31,445 nucleotides of DNA, taken from the NCBI GenBank assembly GCA_023380435.1, contig JAMCRB010000001.1:1-31445 (forward strand), read 5' to 3'. This document shows, piece after piece, positions 17,779 through 25,638 of the stretch (positions are counted from its first letter, which is position 1; every line of letters starts with the position of its first letter). The notes under the pieces are model-generated. The model ran no database searches and was not told the origin of the DNA. It saw nothing but the letters and a program-made list of their open reading frames with translations. Source of the DNA: Candidatus Parvarchaeota archaeon. Lineage in GTDB: Archaea; Nanobdellota; Nanobdellia; Parvarchaeales; Parvarchaeaceae. The position numbers and the translations under genes are program-made.

Positions 17779-18345
17779 CTAAGGCGGCGCCTGGAGGTGC
17801 TGGTATATCGATGTGTATCCCAAGAACAGAGCTGCGAACGCTGTTATTACCAACAATACGAAAAGCAGGTAATATGCGTACTTTCCGCTGCCTTTTGCGT
17901 TTAAGTAGACAACAGGAGAGAACAGGGCCGACAATGATGCAGCGACATAAAATCCGAACGCAGCTAGGAAGTGCGATCCGCTTTCAAGATTGAAGTTGGC
18001 CATCCCGGCTGCGGACATCGCAATGTAAATTCCGAGGAAAAATGCGAATATTGACAATACTCTAACATCCATTTTCTTGTAAATCATGTAGGACCCTGCG
18101 ACTAAGAGCAGACCCAATGCGAGTATCGGGTCGCCGAAGAGCATGTTATATGCTCCGGGCAGAGGCCAAGTAAATGACATTATAAACCCGCTAACTAGGT
18201 CGAAAAGACCGAAAATAAAACCAGGAACGACGAGCATGCTCATGTCCTTCTTTCCGCGCACGGAGAAATAAACGAATAGAGCGAGTATAATGGCGCTAAA
18301 ACCTGTAATCAAAAGCATAACAGCCAATGAATCAACAAATGCCAT
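17779..18345 (-). CDS. DUF981 family membrane protein
   Basis: MAFVDSLAVML, FTWPLPGAYNMLFGDP, ~6 TM helices. Confidence 0.85.
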   Translation of the reverse strand: MAFVDSLAVMLLITGFSAIILALFVYFSVRGKKDMSMLVVPGFIFGLFDLVSGFIMSFTWPLPGAYNMLFGDPILALGLLLVAGSYMIYKKMDVRVLSIFAFFLGIYIAMSAAGMANFNLESGSHFLAAFGFYVAASLSALFSPVVYLNAKGSGKYAYYLLFVLLVITAFAALFLGYTSIYQHLQAPP

Positions 18346-18513
18346 ATCCTAGCAATACGGTCTGCATATTTATACCTATCAATAACCCGATTATCTAGAA
18401 AAAGCAGAATACATAGTGTACAAAAATCTGCCCCGCAGGACGGACTCAATTAGTTAATGTCCCTTTTGTCCCCAAAATATGTAGGATCCAAGCAGTCGAG
18501 AAAACAATGGAAG

Positions 18514-19566
18514 TCACGGCCAGCTTCCACTCCACTCTCCACTTATATTATCTGAAACATCACCAGGGGGGATTATTGCACCTGCTTGTATTCCCCCTCC
18601 ATCCCAAGCGATTACTGACCACTGCTGTGAATATTCCATAAATACATTTGACATAGCAATTCCGCTTGTTCCCGGACCGCATCCATTTATCCATTGAACC
18701 ATTACATTGTATATACCGGGGGTTAGACCAGTGATGTTACTGCTTACGACATTTCCTGTATTCCCATACATAGTATTCCAAGTCGTCCCACTCACTGGCT
18801 TATAAAAGATATATTCAATGTCGTCATGCTCTGCGGATAAGTTTATCCAATTTTTAGAGAAATACATTGTACTTGAAGCAGTAAATCCTTCTGTTAGAGT
18901 TACTCCAGCGCAGACGCCACCCGTAGAATTTGTATTATATTCATTAAGATCTGCAATCGGGAAATTTTGAGGGGTCATTCCTGCGAAAGAACCGGCGGCT
19001 AGTCCGCTGCCGGGTGGCGTTGGGTCCACGTCAACACCATAATCAGATGGATCTGGCATACTAGAATATGTAGTAAAGACCCAGCCATAGGTATCACTTA
19101 CAGCATATGCGGATGAAGATCCTGATATGTCACCAAAAGAGATATAAGGGCCCGGTAGTGGCTGCCCCGGTTCGGTGTAGGTTATTTTTACAGAAATGCT
19201 ATAATGGGAACCTACTGCCAGCGGACAGACACCTGGAATAAATAATGTACCGCTACCACCATTTACAATTACATGATTTAATAATAGATCTTGTGTTATG
19301 GAGTTATAAGTTACGTTTATGCTTGTGAGGTTTATTGGATAACCGGTATTATCAGTAAAAGCTAAAGCTAAGCCTTGATTAGCAAAACATTCACCTGTGG
19401 TTACACTCAAACCAGTGAAGCCCGTTATTGTTGCTGATATATTTGAAGATGGGGAGAAGATACCTAAAGAGTACAGGACCCCTGCGACGATGACGATGAC
19501 CAATATGGCCCAGCCATAGGTCATCATGTATTCCAATGCGGACTGGGATTTATGCGTCAGACTCAT
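18514..19566 (-). CDS. class III (type IV pilin-like) signal peptide surface protein with a possible PA14-like carbohydrate-binding domain
   Basis: HKS|QSALEYMMTYGWAILVIVIVAGVLYSLGIF prepilin-type N-terminus; Ser/Thr/Gly-rich beta regions; EHDD...GLTPGIYNVMVQWING resembles PA14. Confidence 0.8.
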   Translation of the reverse strand: MSLTHKSQSALEYMMTYGWAILVIVIVAGVLYSLGIFSPSSNISATITGFTGLSVTTGECFANQGLALAFTDNTGYPINLTSINVTYNSITQDLLLNHVIVNGGSGTLFIPGVCPLAVGSHYSISVKITYTEPGQPLPGPYISFGDISGSSSAYAVSDTYGWVFTTYSSMPDPSDYGVDVDPTPPGSGLAAGSFAGMTPQNFPIADLNEYNTNSTGGVCAGVTLTEGFTASSTMYFSKNWINLSAEHDDIEYIFYKPVSGTTWNTMYGNTGNVVSSNITGLTPGIYNVMVQWINGCGPGTSGIAMSNVFMEYSQQWSVIAWDGGGIQAGAIIPPGDVSDNISGEWSGSWP

Positions 19567-19746
19567 ACGATAGAGGAGAAAAGAGCAAATAAATAGGTTT
19601 CGTAAGGCAATGACGACCGTCTAAATAGGCTAAGCCATCGAAGAAAGTTCTTGAAGACCCTCACATTGGAATTCTTAATCCAATCTACTTCAACCTCAAA
19701 TTTAGCTTTATTTAAAGACAACAAGAGACCTTAACTAAATAAGAGC

Positions 19747-19821
19747 TGCCCCCGGCAGGATTTGAACCTGCGATATTCGGTTTAGGAAACCGACGTTCTG
19801 TCCAAGCTGAACTACGGGAGC
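19747..19821 (-). tRNA. tRNA-Arg(CCU)
   Basis: GCTCCCG..GTTC-AGCTTGGACA-GAAC..TCGGT-TT CCT AA-ACCGA..GCAGG-TTCAAAT-CCTGC-CGGGGGC-A; A20 identity element present. Confidence 0.96.
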
Positions 19822-19920
19822 TTTACATGCAAAAGAGTATGGCAACGTAAAAATAAATACATGAATTGCCGCAAAAATAGCAGCATGTATGCTAAATCAA
19901 TTAAAAAACAAATCGAAAAC

Positions 19921-19945
19921 AATACGACCGTGTAATCTGCTAAAC
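19921..19945. repeat. 3' arm of the pre-23S processing stem
   Basis: AATACGACCGTGTAATCTGCTAAAC is an inverted repeat of 22813-22836; two differences form G-U pairs in the transcript and one leaves a 1-nt bulge. Confidence 0.85.
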
Positions 19946-19949
19946 ATTT

Positions 19950-22812
19950 TTGGTTTATTAGTAATCGTACGCTGAAAATCTCGGCTTGCGCCTTGATCCT
20001 TACACGCCGATTCTATCAACGGGGTCTTCTTCCCCCGCCTATAACGATGCCTATTTTTGCGGAGGGTTTCAAGCTTAGATGCCTTCAGCTCTTATCCCTT
20101 GGCGCGTGGCTACGCGGCGTACCCTGTCGGATAGCCGCTAACTAGAGACGCCGACTCGCTGTTCCTTTCGTACTAGTCGAATCTTCCACTCAAGCATCGA
20201 ACACCCCCACTAGTTAACTCCCGGCCTGCCTCGCGGCGGCCTAAACTCAGCTCACGGTCCCCTTTAACCAGTGAACACCTGTACCCTTGGCTGCTTGTGC
20301 ACAACCAGGATGGGGAGAGCCAAAGACTGTGGAGCAAGCTGCGAAGTCAATATGAACTATCATCCGCAACAACTCTCTTACGCCCAGGGTAGCTTTTCTG
20401 TCATACGAAGGAGTCAAAAAAACACGCATTCGTGTTCGCTATGCCCGGCTTTCGCCTCTGTGCGCCTTGCATTGCAGCGCGCAGTCAAGCCATCTTTTGC
20501 CATTGCACTTAACGGTGGATTTCTATACCACTTAAGATGACCTTTGGGCTCCCATGTTACTTTTTCGTGGGATTGCCACCCCAGCAAAACTGCCCGTCTC
20601 CTGATGTCCCCGAAGGTAAGTGATATAAAACAACGGAAGTAGTATTACACTTTCGACTATCCTATCACCGGAATGATAGGCATGACGTCTCCTACTTACA
20701 CTATGTCCGTCGAATTATTACCACAACAAGAGATTGCAGTAAAGTTCCTGGGGTCTTTTTGACCCAGTGGAGGACTCTGGCCTTTGCACCAGAATGGTGG
20801 TTTCGCGGGTTTCCAGGTAGGGACAGCGGGAATCTCATTACATCGTTCACAAGCCAACAATCAATTGGCAATGTATTATGCTTGCTTAAGAAGGTCACAG
20901 TTACCTCCGCCGCTAATAGGTCCTTATGTCCGTTGAAACAAACTTTCGGATACCTATGCTGGGCAGATGTCGCCGACTGTACAAAAGATTGCTCTCTAGC
21001 AGTCAGCTATGCCTTTAGTAAACAGTTAGACTCCCTTAGTCACTGCGCCCTGATCTAGCTTTTAAGACCAAATCAGGGATCCCTTATCGCGAACTTACGG
21101 GACTAACTTGCCGATTTCCCTTACCCGGTTTAAATCCCTCGCCTTAGCCTTCTAAGCCAGCGCACCTGTCTCAGTTTTCGGTACGGTCACCTAGGTTCAT
21201 GACGCATGCATTTTTATGAGTCCTAAGAGTCTACAGATACATCGCTGCATTATGTATGCTTCTGCATCTTCTCGACATTATGTCTCTCGAACACATTTGC
21301 ACACATAGACGATCTGACTGGACCGCTCTGCATATCTCAAGACGTAACATACGATAAAACCTATGTGGTTGCGTGATATTAAACGCATTCCCATTTGCCT
21401 TGTACCTTTCGACACAAGACTTAGGACCGACTAACCCTTGTTAGATAAGCTTAAACAAGGAACCCTTGCGCTTGCGGCGGATGGGATTCTCACCCATTTC
21501 TTTGCTACTCCTGGCAGGATTCTCAATACCTCGCAGATCCATCGACCCTCACGAATCGACTTCTAGTCCGCGGGTACGCCCATCTACCATCATTTGATAT
21601 TACTCAAAAGATCGTGAGTATCGGCGGTTTACTTAGCCCCGTCCATTTTCGGGTTACAATATCTAGGTTGGTAAGTTGTAACACACTTTTTAAAGGATGG
21701 CCGCTTCTGAGCCCACCTCCCAACTGTTTTAGATATTGTTCCCCTTTTTTGCACTTAGTAAACACTTAAGGGCCTTAACTCACGGCTAGGTTTTTTCCTT
21801 CTTGGTGTGGAACTTTACGCCACACACCCAACTTACGCCTTATACTGTTTTGAAATTCTGAGTTTGAAAATGATGTGGGACCTTTCGGTCCCTATCAGCA
21901 TGATCAGTGTCTTTACCTTCAAAATAGCAGGACGTAAGCTATCCTATGGGATATTTCGATGGGAACCAGCTATCGCCGTGCACGATTGGTTTTTCGCTCC
22001 TATACGCATGTCGTCAGACAAGATAGTTCCCAACCTGTTCGGGCTTCCATGAAGAGTAATCCCCACTTCACCCTGCACACGTATAGATCGTACGGCTTCG
22101 GGTCTTACAAATATGACTAATGGCAGTTTCCTACCAGTGCCTTGCGGCAACTCGCTTTCGCTTCGGCTTCCAAATGTTAGCCTTGCCATACTCGTAAACT
22201 CCCTGCCCCTTTATGCTAAAAGGATGTTGCAACACTTGAGCTTGTTTATTTATTCGCAAGTTCACTACGCGCCGCAACAACTATAACTATTAGATTTCAG
22301 GTTCTATTTCACCCTCTCATCGAGAGTGCTTTTCAACTTTCGCTCGCGCTACTTTACTCTATCGGTTTCAGGTCGTATTTAGGGTTGGATGTTTTTGACA
22401 CCCATGTTCGCAGAAGAGTCTCGACCTCTGCTACTCTACGTGATGACAATCTTTCCAAAGAATACGAGGCTGTCACTCTCTTTGGCGCGACATTCCAGTC
22501 GACTTTTTCCCTTTCCGGACTGCCATTTACCACACCACATCTCTGCATTGCTGCAGATTCAGATTGCCCTGTTCCCTTTTCGTTCGCCATTACTAGGGGA
22601 ATCTTTATTAATTTCTTTTCCTGCAGGTACTAAAATGTTTTAATTCCCTGCGTTCCCTTTCCTCCCTTGCGGAAGGAATCCATGCTTACGCATGGGCATC
22701 ACGCATTCAGAAACGATACGATCAACAGTCGTCTGCACTTACCGTACCATTATCGCAACTTGCTGCGTCCTTCTTCAGCGCCTGAACCAAGTCATCCATC
22801 TAATAGCTTGGA
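19950..22812 (-). rRNA. rrl: 23S rRNA, stand-alone, no obvious intron; ends approximate
   Basis: Collinear landmarks on the minus strand: GAUGGAUGAC...GAAGAAGGACG (5'), GTPase centre, H69 GUAACU, AAGACCCC, P-loop CUGGGG, A-loop UGUUC, SRL AGUACGAAAGGAAC, GCAUCUAAG. Length ~2.86 kb. Confidence 0.97.
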
Positions 22813-22836
22813 GTTCGCAAATTACACGGTCGCATT
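22813..22836. repeat. 5' arm of the pre-23S processing stem
   Basis: GTTCGCAAATTACACGGTCGCATT pairs with the 19921-19945 arm. Confidence 0.85.
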
Positions 22837-22924
22837 AACGTAAAATCGTTTTGACACTTACTTCTCTATTGGGCACCAATAAAGAAGCGCATACTTTCGT
22901 TTTCGATAAGTATCTATAATGTAA

Positions 22925-22943
22925 AAAAGCTTTATAAGCTTTT
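22925..22943 (-). promoter_or_regulatory. candidate 23S promoter (BRE+TATA) within a palindrome
   Basis: Minus strand reads AAAAGC-TTATAAA; the element is AAAAGCT-N5-AGCTTTT, ~90 nt upstream of the processing stem. Confidence 0.6.
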
Positions 22944-22976
22944 AGTTTTGGTGAACCTTACCAAATGCCGGTTATT

Positions 22977-24500
22977 TTAGCTGAAGATAGGTTCGGGGCT
23001 AGGGCGCAAATCATTGTTGTATTTGCTGTTTTCTTTTATTAAGTGCAATAAAATTTCACGTATATGCTCTCCACTCGTAGTTAAATTTCCGTTGTCTAAT
23101 ATTAGATTTTTATTCTTTAAATAGCCTTTAATCCAATTTGCTATTTTAGTTCTTTTCCCTAAGATGAATTCAGACATTGGTGAATCAGTTAATCTTTCAA
23201 TAAATTTATAACGTCTTTTTGGATAAAATTTAAATAAATCCATATATATGTAAGGCAGATTAGTTAGTATATCCCTAGAATAGACAAAAATAGACGGTCC
23301 ATTCGTATTTTTATTGGAAACCCAATAATTTAAACCAGTGACTTTCAATATTTTTTCCATTATACCTACCTCAGATTTACTAACTGCTAATCCTATCTCA
23401 CCCGAAGAACTTTTTGGCGCAACAAATCCATCTCCCTCCAAAAAACCCAATATAAAATCTAATGCATTTCTCTTACTATTCTTCTTTATTATCTCATTAT
23501 CTATGATATAATTAATAAGTTTTATATAGAAGGTATGAATTGAGGCGTTATGCTCACGCATAACCAGGCTCCCATATTTGAGATAATTGGGGGGTATTCT
23601 GTCACTTTTACTTGGTAAACGACTCACTTTACTAACAACTAAATCTGAATTATCATGCCAGTACCCTAACACCTCTTTATCCGTTATGTAATTTTTTACT
23701 GTTAGCCTAACATAACAGTCTATGTTTGGGTTATAAATGAGGCTATGGTGCATTTTGAAATAAAATTTAGCTTGTTCAGGACTCGAAGCATTAATTAACC
23801 ATTTATAACCTTTTTTTGCGCCATCGGCAAAATACGCGCCAAGGTAATAAATTATTTCATTGTTGAGTACGCCGTTTTCATATATGAAAGCGGGTTTTTT
23901 ATTTTTACCATAGAAAAACACAATTTTATCATTACCAAATTTAGCTAGATTAAGACCATTAAGGATGTCATCTAATGGGCTTGAAAGCTGCGGTATTTGA
24001 GCTGGATTTAATTTGAATACGGCCTCTTCTATTCCGTATTTGGTGGGCACATTTAAAATAAATTTGTTCTCTTTCGAGTTTTTTACAACTTTTGATATTA
24101 AGTTTTTAAAATATATTGTATCCCCCGTTAAACTATACGCACTTAAATAAACTATATCATCTCTTTTAAAATGTTCCTTAGAAACAAGCCGTTTTGGAAT
24201 TACAAGATTATGCTGTGTAACTTTTGAGTGAAACATATCATTTAGATAATTTATCTGAACTTTAAAATATTTTTTAAGATCAAAATCTTCAAGTAAGTCT
24301 TTACTTATAAGAACATAGGCTCCTTTTTTATGATTTTGTATAGACAATTTAGCAGGGTATAACTTATTAGATAAAGATATTATTATTTGGTTGCCTAATT
24401 TAAGTTCATTTTTATAGTCATTTATCTCTAAAAAATAATACCCATGTGAGCTATTCAAAAACCTTGCAGTATATGTTAGCCAATGACCATAAAACGGCAT
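22977..24500 (-). CDS. free-standing double-motif LAGLIDADG endonuclease-like protein with N-terminal extension
   Basis: Two LAGLIDADG helices: IIYYLGAYFADG and LDFILGFLEGDG. ~215-aa N-terminus including an AbrB-like stretch (LVIPKRLVSKEHFKRDDIVYL). About 28% GC by hand count of 23041-23400. Confidence 0.85.
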   Translation of the reverse strand: MPFYGHWLTYTARFLNSSHGYYFLEINDYKNELKLGNQIIISLSNKLYPAKLSIQNHKKGAYVLISKDLLEDFDLKKYFKVQINYLNDMFHSKVTQHNLVIPKRLVSKEHFKRDDIVYLSAYSLTGDTIYFKNLISKVVKNSKENKFILNVPTKYGIEEAVFKLNPAQIPQLSSPLDDILNGLNLAKFGNDKIVFFYGKNKKPAFIYENGVLNNEIIYYLGAYFADGAKKGYKWLINASSPEQAKFYFKMHHSLIYNPNIDCYVRLTVKNYITDKEVLGYWHDNSDLVVSKVSRLPSKSDRIPPNYLKYGSLVMREHNASIHTFYIKLINYIIDNEIIKKNSKRNALDFILGFLEGDGFVAPKSSSGEIGLAVSKSEVGIMEKILKVTGLNYWVSNKNTNGPSIFVYSRDILTNLPYIYMDLFKFYPKRRYKFIERLTDSPMSEFILGKRTKIANWIKGYLKNKNLILDNGNLTTSGEHIREILLHLIKENSKYNNDLRPSPEPIFS

Positions 24501-24533
24501 ACAGATTCATAACAATTATTAGCTTATTAACTT

Positions 24534-25637
24534 TTAATCTAAGAAATCTTTTTCCTTGATTTTATTTGGTATATACTCCTCTGTCATAAATGACAGCCCT
24601 TTTGCAGTAAATGCGTCTAATTCGACTTTTGCCTGAAGTTTCTCCATTTTTGAGAGCTCTTCTTGCCATGCTTTATTGTTCTTAAACCAGTCATAATTTT
24701 TAATCTGCTTGAGCCTAGAAGTATCAACATCTTTAAATTTTATCAAGTGCCGTTTTAATCCATAACGTTCTATGTCCTTTTCCATCAGACCTAAAAATTT
24801 AGCATCTGGAAGAGCAAGCCTATCAGAAGCATGTGCAAGTGCTATTGATCCGAATTTTATTGCAGAGTAAATATACACCCCCCAAGGATCAAAATCTACA
24901 AGAATATAAACAGGTAACCCCTGCTCTTCATGCAATCTTTGTAGCAATCTTCTTATACCCCTCGTTGCTTGGCCTTGACTTGACATTATTACACAGTGTA
25001 ATTTTTTCCATGCTTTATCTTCATTTGCTCTCTCGAACATCGTACTTTTTTCAAAGTACAAAACGAATTTTGCGTCTACTTTGCGGAATATTATCTCTTC
25101 CACATTACTAGGTATCGCCCAGCCGCCACTACCGAGCTTAGACCAATCTATCACGTCTCCCCTGTCTTCTATGACAACTTCACCAGCCACGGACCCGTTC
25201 TTATTCGCATTTATGTTTAGCTGCTCTCTTGTAAGGTCGGTTATCAGCTCTAGGTCCTCTATTGCCTTGTTTGTTTCTGTCTGATCATCGACTACGTCTA
25301 TTTTAGTTCCCGGTATTGTCCTCCTCACCTGGTAGAATGCGGACCTCAAGCTTGTGTGCTTGTCGCTCTTTATCAGTTCCCTGCTTACGGCGGCCATTGC
25401 AGTCGTCTGTATGAATTTTCTAACGTGTCCTACGTTCAGGAAGTACCTTCTAGACAGCCCGCTTCCTAGAGTTATCATCCTGCTCTCTTCATTGTATTTT
25501 ACATTGGAAAGGCCTCTTACCGGCAGGGTGAGATACGGATTCTCGCCCTTCTCTATCTGGCTGTATATACTTTTCCCCATATCTTCAAGTACTTTAAGTC
25601 TATTTTTCTTTGATTTTTCAATTTCGTTTGTATCCAT
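24534..25637 (-). CDS. top6A: DNA topoisomerase VI subunit A
   Basis: Catalytic-Tyr region SLRSAFYQ, GGWAIP, TOPRIM acidic residues FEK and VDFDPWG, KVELDAF. Confidence 0.96.
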   Translation of the reverse strand: MDTNEIEKSKKNRLKVLEDMGKSIYSQIEKGENPYLTLPVRGLSNVKYNEESRMITLGSGLSRRYFLNVGHVRKFIQTTAMAAVSRELIKSDKHTSLRSAFYQVRRTIPGTKIDVVDDQTETNKAIEDLELITDLTREQLNINANKNGSVAGEVVIEDRGDVIDWSKLGSGGWAIPSNVEEIIFRKVDAKFVLYFEKSTMFERANEDKAWKKLHCVIMSSQGQATRGIRRLLQRLHEEQGLPVYILVDFDPWGVYIYSAIKFGSIALAHASDRLALPDAKFLGLMEKDIERYGLKRHLIKFKDVDTSRLKQIKNYDWFKNNKAWQEELSKMEKLQAKVELDAFTAKGLSFMTEEYIPNKIKEKDFLD

Positions 25638-25638
25638 A

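Noticed and set aside
20247-22643. Short ORFs on both strands within the 23S region
   Set aside because: They lie inside rRNA and are chance frames.
22977-24500. LAGLIDADG ORF as an rRNA intron or intein
   Set aside because: It lies upstream of the 23S promoter and processing stem, has its own start and stop, and lacks splicing motifs.
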